Part shown: piece after piece, positions 40,620-52,743 of the stretch | How positions within the stretch are numbered: position 1 is the first letter of the stretch | How the letters are laid out: each line of letters starts with the position of its first letter | DNA from: an uncultured Planctomycetota bacterium | GTDB taxonomy: Bacteria; Planctomycetota; Planctomycetia; Isosphaerales; Isosphaeraceae | Direction of reading: 5' to 3' | Length of the DNA: 64,000 nt | NCBI GenBank assembly: GCA_963823665.1 | Contig: CAWGMQ010000010.1 | Span: forward strand, 2,592,001 to 2,656,000 | Made by a program: the position numbers and the translations under genes | The notes under the pieces: model-generated | What the model saw: the letters and a program-made list of their open reading frames with translations, nothing else | What the model was told of the DNA's origin: nothing | The model's database searches: none

Positions 40620-43327
40620 ATGCTCATTCGCTTGATCTGCGGTCTAATCCTCCTCAACCTTTCCGCGGAATTCGTCGAACTGACTGATCCAGCGCCTCAA
40701 GCTCCGGCGCCCGCTAAACCCGATGATCTCAAGCCCTTCACGATCGCGGTGGTTGACAAGCAGACCCGCAAGCCTGTTTCGGAGTTCTATTACGACGCCT
40801 TCTACATCGCCGCGGGGCCGGGCACTGCCCGGAAAAGCGAATGGCATCACGTCGAATCGCCGTCAGGCACGTTCATCCTCCAGGCTCCGGCGACGTGCCT
40901 CGTGATCGTCCGAATCGAGTCGCGTGAGTTCCTGGGCCAGGGCTATCCGTCCGACTCGAGGTTCGAAGTCCGTGCCAATGACAAGGATCGCCACCGCGTG
41001 GTCGAGCTGGAGCGGGGAATAACCGCTCATGGAACAGTCCGCGACGCCGACACGCGGCGACCGATCGCCGGTGCAACCGTGAGGCCGCGAATTCTGTACG
41101 GCGTCCACGGTGAGCATGCCCCCCCGGGTCCGCTGAACCGGGAATCCAAGAGCGACAACGACGGTCATTACGAGCTGCATGGGGTTGACCCCAAAATCGG
41201 AGTTTTTGCTTACAACCCAGACGACGAACAAAAGCACTACAGCGTCGAGGTGACGAACGGCGAAGGAACGCGGTTCGATGTTGCGCTACCGGGCCTTGAG
41301 AAGGCCACTCTTCGCGGAAACGTCCGGGATGGAAATGGGCAGCCGCTCGAAGGGGTGACGGTTCAGTACAACGGACGTGAAATCGAGTCGGCGCGAGACG
41401 GAGCCTATGCGTTGAGTTGCGTGCTGGGCTGGCGGGGCCAGCACGTGCGCCGGAGCTGTGGTACATGAAGAAGGGTTTCATCGCTCGGCATTTCGGGAGC
41501 GAAGTAGGAAAAGAGGCCCAAGTGGTACTGGAGCGCCAGATCCCTCTCGAGGGACAGGTGGTCGGTCCGGAAGGCCAGCCGGTCAAGAGCTTCGCCGTGT
41601 GCGCCGTGCCACGGAGCGAGGATTTTCTAAATCCGGGCAGCAATGCCATCGAACTAGCCGTGATCGACGCCGGCGGCCGGTTCAAGCTCGGGCTCGATCG
41701 CGACGGCCCCACCTGGGTTGGCATCCGCGCCCCGGGATATCAGAACTCAGAGATGGTGACCGACGTTCCTCGCCGCGGCGGCTCCGTGGTCGCGCGTTTG
41801 GCATCCGGTGTTCGCGTCGAGGGAAAGATCATTGCCCCAGCCGTCGCGCTTTCGAAGATCGAAGCCCGGCTCGTCCCTCGGCGCCATCGATCTGATGGCC
41901 GGGAATTCGGCTCCGGCTCGAAAGCCGTGGAATGGTTGACGCGGACGACGAATGTCGCCGACGACGGCACCCTTAGCTTTGATCACGTGCGGCCAGACCG
42001 CTACACGCTCTTGCTCAAAGGGCCTGGAGTGACCTCAAGGTTGCTGGCGCTCGATGTCCCGCCCGGCGGCCTTGACCTCGGCCAGGTTCGCCTGGCCGGA
42101 AAGGGCCGCATCCAGGGGCGTGTCTTCGAGTCGACGGTGCGGCGGCCCCCCGGGCAAACATACGCCTTCGGCCTGGTCGACTTCTATCCCGCGATCAGTT
42201 CATCCATGATGAAGTATAAAGAAGAAATCAAGTTCATGACCGACTTCGAGGGCCAATTCTCAATCGCAGATGTGCCCGTCGGACTCGTCCTCGTCGCATT
42301 CCCGGACACAATGGTCCACGTCGTCATTATCGATGGGCCTTGGGTCCGTGTATGCGAAAACCAGACAACCGAAGTGCGACTTCCTGGCCAAAAGGGTGCT
42401 CGGCCCCTTGCCGTCGACATCGTCATCGGAGACGGGTCCATAGCTCAATCCCGGTCTGGAAAAGGGCTCTCCGGCAAGATCGAGAACAAGAACAGCGACA
42501 CCAAGCCGCCGGAGCCAAAAGCCGTGCCGCTCCCCGACGTCGCTGGAGTGTTGGTCGAGACGAGCGAACGAGACGTCGAGCGCCAGCTCCAAGTGGAATT
42601 GATCCCCGGCCCGGGCCAACCGCTCTCGTCGGTTCGATCGGATTCGGCCGCGATCGACGGGAAGGGCCAACTCGTGGTCCCCGACGTGAGCCCCGGCAAA
42701 TACCAGCTCCGCGTTGAACAAGGCTTCTTCCGACCAGGTGGCATCGGCTTCATCGAGGTTGTCTTCGAGCGTGACATCGCGGTGACGGCGGACGTATCAA
42801 CGATCAAGATCCCGCTCGGTGGCGGATCAATCACGGGGCGAACGGTTAAATACAGCGCAGTCATCGCGATGGCAAGAGGACGACCAGGCCCGCTACGTCG
42901 CACGCGATGTGACAGTGAGGGGTACTTTTGCATGCCCTTCCTCGATCCCGGGACCTACACGCTCTTCATCCACAGCCCTGATGACGGGTCTTGGTGCCGC
43001 GTCGACAACGTAAGCGTGGCCTCAGACGTGAAAGACATCGGCGAGCTTCGTCTGGCGCGCGGCGGAGCGATTCGCGGCTCGATTTCCTTCCCTCGGGCTT
43101 GTCCAGTTCCGGACGAAGTCATCGCGACGGGGCCATCACAAGTCTCGGTGGAACCGATGAAGCACATAACCGATTTCGATCAATTTGAGCTGGGCGGCCT
43201 TTGGCCCGGCCGATGGACGATCACCGTTCGCGGGGGCGGAGAGGCGCTCGCGACCGCCGCGATCGAGATCAAGGGAACGGAGATCGTGACACTCGAGCTT
43301 GCCGCGGAAACTGGTAAACGACAGTAG
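40620..43327 (+). CDS. Exported protein with carboxypeptidase-regulatory-like (transthyretin-like) repeats (frameshift near 41430)
   Basis: Signal peptide MLIRLICGLILL; repeated G.V.D..G.P.GA / DG.(F/Y) modules. Confidence 0.75.
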
Positions 43328-43572
43328 AACGCCCGTAACGATCAACCGAACCGAGATTCGTTGGGTCGCGCCTGACCCACTTTTGCGACGCGATTGAGTA
43401 GAAGAATGCCACTGACAACCTCGAAGCCCTTCGACTTCATTGGTTTTCTGGCATCGGTGACACCGTCCAAGCGGGACCCTGGGAACAACAGAGCCAACTA
43501 GGCGGCTAACCTCCGCCAGCAACGATCGATGGCCGCCGAACGCTCGGCCGAAGTGCGAGGATCCAGAATTCG

Positions 43573-45645
43573 ATGTCGCATCTGTCATCATCGCTGTTGC
43601 TCGGGGCGTTGGCACTGTTCGCATTCGAGAACTCCACTCAGGCTTCCGACCCCTTCCGGGACACATTCACCGACGGCAACCTGGATCGGTGGCGCATCAA
43701 GGACGGGACCTGGCACGTTCGGGATGGACGGGCCATCGCGGAGGGGGGGTTCTCGATGCTCCTTCAGAGGGGAGTCGCTCTTCGTGACGTCGACGTTACT
43801 GCGGACGTAGGATACTCCCACGACGAGGCCCACGCCGCCGCAGGCATCGCGTTCCGCATTGGAGAGGATTCGACCGGATATGCCATCGGCCTCAGGGAAA
43901 TCGAAAAGGGGCGAGATCCGGTATACGGCCCGTGGGAGAGGCCGGTCATCCAGCTCTGGCGCCTGGACAGGGACGGTTGGAGACTCCTGCAGGAATCCAA
44001 AGTCATGGGGTGCCGGTCGGGCGTCCTGCGTCGCCTCAGGGTCGTCTGCCGCGGACCGGCAATCTGGGCGTATTTCGGCGACATGGCAGCGCCGATTCTG
44101 AACGAGTTTGACGACCGGTACGACCGGGTTGGAGCGGTCGGATTGTGGAAGGACCATCGGGGTTCGGGGCTCTTCGACAACGTTGAGATCACCTCCACGA
44201 GCTCCGAGCCGGCGCCCCCACTCCGCACAGACTGGTCGTGGGTGCGAGGGGCGGTCTACGTGCGTTCCGACGCGGTCAACGCGGTGCAGATGTGGCACGA
44301 CTACTGGGGCCACACCGATGTCATTGACCGCGAGCTCACCTGCGCGTCCCTCTATGGATTCAACATGGTGCAGGCCTACCTGCACTGGATCGTCTGGGAA
44401 CGCCACGGCGAGGACTATCTCAAGAGGATCGACGACTTCCTGGCGCGGGCATCCAAGGCCGGCCTGAAGGTGAACTTTGTCTTCTGGGACGACTGCGGCC
44501 ATGTCGAGCCGAGCCTGGCGTTCGCCGACCCCGTGCCGGGACGTCACAATTCGCAGATGATGCCGAACCCGTCGCATCGGACCAGGGACAACGAGCCGGC
44601 GCTGCTTGCCCACGAGGCCCGGTTCCGGGCGTACGTCGAGGGTGTGGCCCGCCGGTTCAAGGACGACGAGCGAATCGCATTCTGGCAGCTCTACAATGAG
44701 GGCATGGGCCCGAAAGAGAAATACCGGGACGGCGTGGGCGATGCCAACCTCAATAGACTCCTCGCATGGACGCGCGAATGGGTCAAGGGGACCGGCACGC
44801 GTATCCCGGTCACGGCCACCGGAGGTGGCTTCTACGGACCCAAGTATTCCGACTTCTACACCTACCACTCGTACGGTGAGGCAGGGCAGCCTCTGCCGAA
44901 CGCGGATGGTGGCGCTGAGCACCTCTGCACCGAGACGCTCAACCGGCCCGCCAAGGGGCTCGCGGACTGCTTGCGCGACCTGGCGGGGAAGGGGAACGGA
45001 TTCGTCGTCTGGGAGCTGATGATCGGGCGCGACAACTGCCGCTTTCCCTGGGGCCATCCCGACGGCTCAGACGAGCCGACGCAGCCGTTCCACGGTGTCG
45101 TCTACCCGGACGGGCACCCGTGGGACATCGGCGAGGTCAAGGCCCTGCTGGGCGATTCTGCCTTCGCCGCGCTCGAGACGAAAGTATTCCGCGCCGAGTA
45201 CTTTGACGGTCTGTTCAAGACGAAGAAGAAGACCTCCCTCGCACCACACATCGACTTCGACCTTGGGGATGAGCCCGGCTCCAGCGCGCCGGATGCCTCT
45301 GCCGGGATCGGCAAGGACGGTTTTGCGATCCGCTGGACGGGGCGCCTGGTCGCGCCTCACACGGGGATGCACACGCTGCACGGCGATTGCGATGGCACCC
45401 TGCGGCTCTGGCTCGACGAGACGCTGGTGCTCGACAAGGGCGACCATCGCCGTGGCAACGTGCAGAGTAAGATCGAACTTGCGGGTGGCCGGTCATACCG
45501 GATCACGATCGAATACATCCACAGCGACGGCCCAGCGAGCAACCACGTCTACTGGAGCGGCCCAGGTTTTGATAAACGTGTTCTCACGCTAGACGGCATT
45601 GACGCGGCGAAGCGAAACGGCAGTTCCAGGCGCTCGCCGCAATAA
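43573..45645 (+). CDS. Exported DUF1080-like + GH5-like glycoside hydrolase + PA14 domain protein
   Basis: Signal peptide; concanavalin-like N domain; WQLYNEG acid/base and CTE nucleophile motifs; PA14 FAIRWTGRL.AP.TG..DG.LRLW. Confidence 0.8.
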   Translation: MSHLSSSLLLGALALFAFENSTQASDPFRDTFTDGNLDRWRIKDGTWHVRDGRAIAEGGFSMLLQRGVALRDVDVTADVGYSHDEAHAAAGIAFRIGEDSTGYAIGLREIEKGRDPVYGPWERPVIQLWRLDRDGWRLLQESKVMGCRSGVLRRLRVVCRGPAIWAYFGDMAAPILNEFDDRYDRVGAVGLWKDHRGSGLFDNVEITSTSSEPAPPLRTDWSWVRGAVYVRSDAVNAVQMWHDYWGHTDVIDRELTCASLYGFNMVQAYLHWIVWERHGEDYLKRIDDFLARASKAGLKVNFVFWDDCGHVEPSLAFADPVPGRHNSQMMPNPSHRTRDNEPALLAHEARFRAYVEGVARRFKDDERIAFWQLYNEGMGPKEKYRDGVGDANLNRLLAWTREWVKGTGTRIPVTATGGGFYGPKYSDFYTYHSYGEAGQPLPNADGGAEHLCTETLNRPAKGLADCLRDLAGKGNGFVVWELMIGRDNCRFPWGHPDGSDEPTQPFHGVVYPDGHPWDIGEVKALLGDSAFAALETKVFRAEYFDGLFKTKKKTSLAPHIDFDLGDEPGSSAPDASAGIGKDGFAIRWTGRLVAPHTGMHTLHGDCDGTLRLWLDETLVLDKGDHRRGNVQSKIELAGGRSYRITIEYIHSDGPASNHVYWSGPGFDKRVLTLDGIDAAKRNGSSRRSPQ

Positions 45646-45661
45646 TGTAAGGGCAGTACCG

Positions 45662-46657
45662 ATGAATTCCCACAGAACTGCTTCGAGCACGAGATCTCTG
45701 CTCATCGTCACAATCATTATCTATTCGAGCCTCATCGGTGGTCATTTTGAAACCCCCGCGCAAGAGAAAACCAGCGGGTCAGAGCGCGCCGGGCGCCTTC
45801 GCGAGACCGTGTTGCGCGCTCTTCGGGCAAATGATGAAAAGCTCGGCGCGGTCGAGTTCTATGTGCAGGATGTCATGGAGGATCTGACCGTGACCAAGCG
45901 CGAGGAGAAGATCTTTCAGCCCGACAGCGACACAAGAGTCATTACCGTCCGAGAGCCGCGGCGAGCCATGCTTTCGCGTGTACGACTCTTCGGCGATAAA
46001 CTACGATACGACTACCTGAATTCGGAAGAACTATTGTCCAAAGCTTTCTCCTTTGACGGAGCCCTTTGGACTGAGCTGAAGCAGCTTGGCCCAAACACCC
46101 AGGTGTTAATTCGTCGCCCAGATCAGATGGCGTCGATGTCTCCACTGGATCCTCGACAAGTCGCTGTTTTCGACGTGCGCGAGCGACTGTCTGAGTTGCT
46201 CGACCAAAGCACCTTCAGCGATCAGGCCGGCCCATCCGGCAAAACGCCGCTAATCACGGCGGAGACAAAGGTCGCCCTGGGAAGGGCTCGAATGGTGATT
46301 TCCTTCGATCCTTCTGTCGGGACGCTTCCAGTCGAAACCGTTGCCTACAATCGCGATTCGACCGTCTCGACGCACACGCGCATTTCTTATCACAAGATCG
46401 AAGCCAGACATGCCTGGGTGCTCGATCAAGCCGTGACACACGCATACAAACCGGGTGAGACTCATGACTCGACGTCACCCAAATTCCAGCAGAGGTGGAC
46501 GAAGACTGTGAGGAATGTGAAGCTCCTCGCGGACCACGACGATGCACTCTTTGCGATTGATCGTCCAGCCAAATACCTCCTGCACGATTTCACCAAACCA
46601 GGCGGTCAGAAACCAGTGGCTGTTGGATACCCGTCCCGACGTGGGAAGCCAGACTGA
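45662..46657 (+). CDS. Hypothetical exported protein
   Basis: N-terminal hydrophobic helix and a 331-codon open frame; SFDG.LW suggests a LolA-like beta fold (weak). Confidence 0.65.
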   Translation: MNSHRTASSTRSLLIVTIIIYSSLIGGHFETPAQEKTSGSERAGRLRETVLRALRANDEKLGAVEFYVQDVMEDLTVTKREEKIFQPDSDTRVITVREPRRAMLSRVRLFGDKLRYDYLNSEELLSKAFSFDGALWTELKQLGPNTQVLIRRPDQMASMSPLDPRQVAVFDVRERLSELLDQSTFSDQAGPSGKTPLITAETKVALGRARMVISFDPSVGTLPVETVAYNRDSTVSTHTRISYHKIEARHAWVLDQAVTHAYKPGETHDSTSPKFQQRWTKTVRNVKLLADHDDALFAIDRPAKYLLHDFTKPGGQKPVAVGYPSRRGKPD

Positions 46658-46693
46658 ACTGATCCGCTGCATGTCACGGGTGACAAGACTGAT

Positions 46694-49600
46694 TCATGAA
46701 GAAACGCGCTGTACCCAGGTTTCCGCCACGCGCTTCAAGTCGACTGATTCGCCGTTTGACTCCGCGAAGTAGTGCCGCTCGATGGAATCAATCGAGCCGG
46801 CGAGCTCTTGCAGCGCAGCGGCGGGCAAACCGTTGTTCTGCTGAATATCACGAAGCAGGCCCAGCACCGAGAAAGGCGTGACGACGTCGGGAACCTGGAA
46901 CCGCGAGGCAGCGGCTCGCTTGGGCCTGGACCTCAGGATCCGGATCGCGACGACTCCGAATGTTAGCACAAGGAGCCCGCCGCCGAGCCACCAGAGCCAC
47001 GCATAGCGCGCCTGCTGGTATCGCTCTTCGAGCGCGACTTCTGCGCCAACCTTGGCCAGGTCGGCGTCAACGTAGCGCTGAAAGATCTGCTCCGCGCCGT
47101 CAACTTTGGCGGAGGCGAAGCGGAACAGACTTGGCGGCTTCGCCTGACCGGGCGCTGCGTGATAGGTGACCAGCCAGGTGCGCTCCGAGTCGATCACTGT
47201 CGCGGGGCTCTCCTGATCGAATTTCGTGACCGAAACACCCTGGTCGTCGATCTTCTCGCGTTCGAAGCCCGGTTGATCGAGCGAGACGAGCCCGTCGAGG
47301 TCGGGAACAAGTCCGTGTGCGGCGGCCTTGATCTCGACAATCAGTTTGCCCTGGCCAGCCTGACGCTCGTCAAGCGTTTGCGTGAGCTGGAGCTTCTCGA
47401 ACGGGCGGATTGCGCCCTTTGCCGGCGATGCGTCGACTGGAATCGTCGGCGACTCGACCGGCAGCACGACGTAGCCGGATGTGTCCATGAAATCGAGGTC
47501 GAGCCGGAGCGGAGGCACCTTGTCGACCTTGGGGCCGCGCGCCTTCAAGAGCAGGTATGCATACGGCGTCACTCGCCAGCCATATTCGCTCGTCGCCTTC
47601 GAGTTGACCTTCTCGTCCTGGAAGGTGACCGACATGACCTCAAAGTGCTCGCCCAGCGCCTGCTTGGCGGCATCCTGGAACTTATCGCGATAGTTTTCGA
47701 GGGGCCGGCCGAAGTTGTAGGAGAAGTAAGACCCGGAGTTGTTCTGGTTCTGAAGATATCGGCCAAACCCGCCCGACTCGCGCTCGATCTCGCGCGTGTG
47801 GCGAAGGTTGACGAAGAGACCGAACGGCTGCTCGTGGCCGATCAGATCGGGACCGTCGACCTTGGTCTCGAGCTGAATTTCGGTCACGAGGTCCTTGTAG
47901 TAGGCAAAGACCTTGCGGGCTTCATAAGCCTGGGGATGCTCGCCGACGATCTCGATTCCGGCTTTCAAGTAACGGAACTTGATCGACGGCTTGACCTGGG
48001 TCAGCCGGGTAAAGATCGCGTTTGCAAACTTGCTCATATGCCGCTCGCCGGGCTCGCCGGCAATGGACGCGATGGCCTCGCGGATCAGCTTGGGCTGATG
48101 CAGGTCTGAAAGCGTTTCCTCGGTGATGTGCTGGGGGTCGCAGGCGCCCAGGCCGGCGCAATACCAGTAGTCAAAGACCTGCGTGGTTTCATCGTTTTGT
48201 TCGAGGCCGGGCGCTTTCGCAACGTAGAGCGAAGCGGCGCGGCGGAATTCGGCAAACGCCTTTTGGCGGCGCGGAGCGAATTCGGGTGATCGCTCGATCT
48301 CCTGGAGGTAGTTGTTTTCGTCGTGCATGAACGTCGGCACGGGCCAGCACGAGCGACCACTCGTCAGGGTGCTTGGCCAGACCGCGATCGATGACGGCGC
48401 GAGCCACCTCGTAGCCGCGCAAGACCTCCGCCCGGATATCTTTCTCACGCCGTTTGGTTTTGCTTTTTTCCTGCTCGGCCGGCTGTCTCCAGACACCCAT
48501 CAGGTTGCCCCGCATCTGCTGACAAAGCTCGGCGAGAATCTTGGGCTTGAGTGCGTCAAACGACCCGAATACTTTTTCAATCGCGTCCAGGCGATAAACT
48601 TCCGCCGAGCTGTGGCAGGTCGTGAACGCCTTGGTCAAAAGCGTCTCGTCAATCTCGCCGATCGGCAGTGCCCGCAGCTTCTTTACCCAGCCCGACAGCT
48701 CGACCAGGTTCCGCTCTTGCTTGGAGCGGGTCAGCGGAATTCCCTCCGCCCGGTTTTCAAATCCGTAGACGTAAAAGAAGCGGCTGCGGCGAAGCTGCTG
48801 TGAGTTCGGATCGTGGTTCTTGGTCCAGACGCGGACGAATTCCTCAGCCAGGTCCTTCGCAGTGCGGGGATTGGTGCGTGCGAGCCGCTCGATATAGGGA
48901 AAAGCTTCGTCTTCCTCGTTGACCTTCAAGTAGAGCTTGGCGAAGACGGTCGCGAACTTGGGCTTGATCCCCTGGTCGACGAAGGCGACCCACTCATCGC
49001 GCGGCCTTTCCCTGACCAGGTCGGCCACCTTCACGGCCATCGGCAGGCCGCGCTGGCGGGCCATCATCTCGGGCGAGAATGGGTCGTAATTGGAATAGTA
49101 GGAATTGCCGTAAGGGTCGTAATACATCCGCGGGCCGAGGCTGGTGGAATAGTCGTAGTAGTACGAGAACTCGGCTTCGCGGAGCCAGGCTTCAGCCAGA
49201 AGCGCGAGGGTGCTGGACCACTTCTGTGCGAGCTGTGGTGCCTTCCGCAAGCAGCGCCTCGACGGCCAGTTTTTGAAGCCCCAGCGATTTCAAGCGAAAA
49301 TCGACGTCGAACGCCCGTGTCTGCAGGCCCTGGGCCGACCCGGCGCCGATGGCAGCGATGATTTCCATGCCACGCTCCGGGCGGCTCGTGAAGCTCTCTT
49401 CCAGCCATGCCTGGCCGAGCGACTCGCGGATCTTCGGTGTCAGCTCGACGGCGCGGCGGATCGCTTCGTCCTTTTGCGCTGCATCAACCTTTCCGGACGC
49501 CAGTGCAGCCTGCGTGACCTGCCAGGCCCGCTCGAGCTGCACCGTCTTCTTGTCACGCGCATGGAGTGCCAGGTAGTGGCGGGCGAGCATGTTGAGCGCC

Positions 49601-50697
49601 TCGCGATCGTTGTCTTTCTCGGCCTTTTCGGGCGGGGGCAGAAAGCTCACCGGCCTCGATCATGCAGTCGGCGGCAATCAATAGCTTCGCGGCCTGGCGC
49701 TCGGAAAGTGGTGGCTTGCCCTGCGGGGGCTTGAGCGCTTCCCGAAGGCGCATCACGAAATCTTCGATCACGCTGCCCGAATCGAGGGCCAGGCGGAGAA
49801 TTCGCCCCAGGCCATTTGCCCGCTCATCGTCCACACCGTGTGGCGCAACCCGAGCCAGCTCGATCAAGTCCTGATTCGAGATCGAATTCCGCTCCATCAT
49901 GAACTGCTGCGGATTGGGCGGCGCCGCGCGCGCCCTGGCCAAGCGACATCCCCATGTTCATCTGCATTTGCATCTGCATTTGCTGCATTTGCATTTGCTG
50001 CTGCATCTGAGCGTTGCCCTGCATCACCGGGGGGTTGCCCAGACCTTGAATCAGTTGCTCAAAGGCGGCCTTGCCCTCGTCCTCGGGTAGTTTCGCCAGA
50101 AACGTCTTCACCAGCGGCCAGTTGCCGACTGTGACGTCGTACTGGAAGCCGCGCAGCTCGCCGTCGAATGGGTCGGGTACTGCGGTCGCAGCGGCTGAGC
50201 CCGGCTGCATGAGGGACGCGGCGTCCGGAGTTGGCCCGACATTTGGGATCGTCGTCGTCACGACCACGCCGTTCACCACCCGTCGCGACGTCCTGACCGG
50301 CCCAGGCACGGCGCCGGCGGCGAGCGTCGCTTGCGGATTCAATCCGTTCTTGATCGCTTCCTCGCGCGGCGTCGACCAGGCTTTCAAGATCGCTGTGGGA
50401 CGCCGGTCAAACGTGAGCTGGCGGATTTTTTGGAGCCGCTCTTGTTTCTTGGGATCGACCGCGGCTGCCGCAATGGCCTGGTTCTTGGCAGCCGCGGGCT
50501 CAGCAAAAAGCTGCGCCGGGAGCTCGTCCCGCGGCCGACTTGGCGGTGACCGAGCCGCTCAGTTTTGCCTGGGCCGGCGCCGCCCGCGACGTGACAGTGG
50601 CGGGAGCCGTCGCTGGCCCCTGGCCTTGCGCCGTGCCCAGCGCGATCACAGACGCTGCGCCGAGAAACAGTGCGGCCAATCGACGAAGAGCGCTCAT
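46694..50697 (-). CDS. Very large (~1300 aa) exported/membrane-anchored hypothetical protein of the MoxR-VWA operon (5+ frameshifts)
   Basis: ORFs 50500..50709, 49824..50387, 49553..49942, 49192..49650, 48189..49250 and 46694..48496 chain in order; signal peptide, helical middle, BatD-like beta region and C-terminal TM helix. Confidence 0.7.
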
Positions 50698-50818
50698 GGC
50701 GGTGCTCAACTACGAGTTGTGAATGCCTGGTTTACGAAGCAAGCCGGCGCCGGTCAGGGTTTACCGGCGCCGGCTTGAAGGTCGGGGAGCGAGGCGTGCA
50801 ATCGCGGGCAGCAGGCGA

Positions 50819-51535
50819 TCACGAGCCCGACTTATCGGGCGGAGGGCCGGAGCTGGCGCCGCGAGCGTCTTTCTTTTGCTCGCTCTTGCTGTTGCTCGGC
50901 TTCCGGCCGGGCTTCTTGCACTGGCCGCTCTTGCATCCCTGGCATTGCGTGGGAATGGCGAGCCCTTGAAGCTCGCCCACATCCAGTCGGGCGAGGCGGA
51001 TCGCGCTTTCAAGATCCTCACGGTGCCGCCGCGCGGCCACTTGATCGCCGGCAGATTCGGCTTTCTCGGCTAGCAGGCGATAGGATTGCCGCGCGCTTTC
51101 AATATCGGGCTCCCACTCTGGCGTGCCGAGGCCCTCGAGCCGCTTCAGCCATGTGATGTAATACTGGGCGCTGGCCTGGGCCTCGCGGGCCTCATCGCGG
51201 AGCCCGGCACTCGCGGACTTGTCGTCCTGCAACTGTTCGACCAGATCCTGGAGAGCGGCGCTGGCCTCGGGCAACTGGTGGGCGAACATCTGGGCCTTGG
51301 CGCGCTTGAGCCGGATGCGGCGAACGTCTTCAACCCGCCCTTCCGGCAACATCGCCTGGGCTGCGTCATACTTCGCGACCGCGGACTGCCAATCTTGCGC
51401 GGCAGCAAGGCGATCGGCGTCGGCGAGCACGGTCGCCGCGTCATCCAGCCGCAAACGCTCCTGGCCCGGGCCATAATGGTATGCCCCGAAAGCGACCGGA
51501 ACCAGCAGCCAACCGAGAAGCACGAGCGTTCGCAT
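50819..51535 (-). CDS. TPR-like protein with Cys-rich and basic tail (BatC-like position)
   Basis: N-terminal TM helix, helical repeats, CQGCKSGQC tail. Confidence 0.7.
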   Translation of the reverse strand: MRTLVLLGWLLVPVAFGAYHYGPGQERLRLDDAATVLADADRLAAAQDWQSAVAKYDAAQAMLPEGRVEDVRRIRLKRAKAQMFAHQLPEASAALQDLVEQLQDDKSASAGLRDEAREAQASAQYYITWLKRLEGLGTPEWEPDIESARQSYRLLAEKAESAGDQVAARRHREDLESAIRLARLDVGELQGLAIPTQCQGCKSGQCKKPGRKPSNSKSEQKKDARGASSGPPPDKSGS

Positions 51536-51711
51536 CGGTCCACCTCTCGAATCGTCAAACCGCAAGCAACATCGTCGGTCCACCCGACGTTTGTCACGGA
51601 ACCGTGGTGTAGCTTACCCGATCCGGCCGTGCGGTGGAAACGGGATCATTTATTTTCTGGAAGTTTTTGCTCGCCCGGCCGGTGCGTCGCCGGATCACGC
51701 TGGAGTCTGCC

Positions 51712-52743
51712 TCACCTCCGGGCCGAGCCAATCATGCGAGTTCGACCTCGAGCGCCGGCCGCTTCGCGCATCGCCGGCGAACGCGGCACGCCCGGCCTCC
51801 AGCGCGTGCCGAACTGATGCAGCAAGACCGGCAGCACGGCCAGCAAACTCGCGCCAATCCCACAGGCCAGCAGTGCGTATTCGCGGCGGGAGAGTCTTTC
51901 AAACGCGGTCTTGCGAGGAATGACGGTCATCGCGTTCAGCGTGGCGGTGCTGATCTGTTTGGTATTTCCATCGTGGTAGACGCCCCCCAGCCGCGCCGCA
52001 ATCTGCCGGAGCGTCGAGGTGTCTTGCCGCGACATCCGGCCGTCGATGAACGAGCCCTGGCGCGGGTCGCCCACGCCCACGATCAGCACGTCGGCCACCG
52101 ACGCCGGCAGCTTGGGCATGCCCGTGGCCGGGACTGTGTCGCCGTCGGAGAGCATGAGCAGAAGCGTGCTTTTGGGCTGCCAAGGCCGCGCAATCTTCGC
52201 GGCTTCGGCAAGCCCTGAAAAAAGATCCGTCTTGCCGGCGCTGAAAGCGTAGTGCATCGGCAAGTCGCCGAAGATGTTGCGCACGACTTCGAGATCCTTC
52301 GTGTCGACGACGACCGGCTTCGAGCCGTTGTAACAGGCAACGACGGAAAGAAGGTAAAGCTCAATCGGGACTCTCTGAAGAAATGACTCCATCACGACCG
52401 ACGCTCGCTTCATCCGGCTTTCATCGGCATTTGGGCCGGCGTCCTTCAGTCGCATGCTCGGCGAAACGTCGAGCACGATCAGGACATGCCGGCGCTCGTT
52501 GTCCGGAATGGTCTCCGCCACGTGCACCTTGGGCGGCAGCTCGAGCAGCGTGATCAATCCCCAGCAAAGTGCCGCGAGCGCCATCACGCGAAGCACAGGC
52601 GCCATCCTCGCCCAGGCCGCCGGCTTCTGCCCTGGCCCGAATGCCAGCCGAGCCAGCCGCCGGGTTCGTGCTGCGTGCAACGCCTCAGCCGCAAGAGCCA
52701 GGATCGCCACGGCCAGGGCGGCGAGCTCAGCGTGCATCACCAT
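51712..52743 (-). CDS. VWA-domain membrane protein (BatB-like)
   Basis: LDVSPSM MIDAS motif, TDL, LSDGD, VGVGD; TM helices at both ends. Confidence 0.88.
   Translation of the reverse strand: MVMHAELAALAVAILALAAEALHAARTRRLARLAFGPGQKPAAWARMAPVLRVMALAALCWGLITLLELPPKVHVAETIPDNERRHVLIVLDVSPSMRLKDAGPNADESRMKRASVVMESFLQRVPIELYLLSVVACYNGSKPVVVDTKDLEVVRNIFGDLPMHYAFSAGKTDLFSGLAEAAKIARPWQPKSTLLLMLSDGDTVPATGMPKLPASVADVLIVGVGDPRQGSFIDGRMSRQDTSTLRQIAARLGGVYHDGNTKQISTATLNAMTVIPRKTAFERLSRREYALLACGIGASLLAVLPVLLHQFGTRWRPGVPRSPAMREAAGARGRTRMIGSARR

Noticed and set aside
43362..43379. Hairpin TGGGTC-GCGCCT-GACCCA as a terminator or REP
   Set aside because: Short stem, weak U-tract and no clear GTAG foot; insufficient support.
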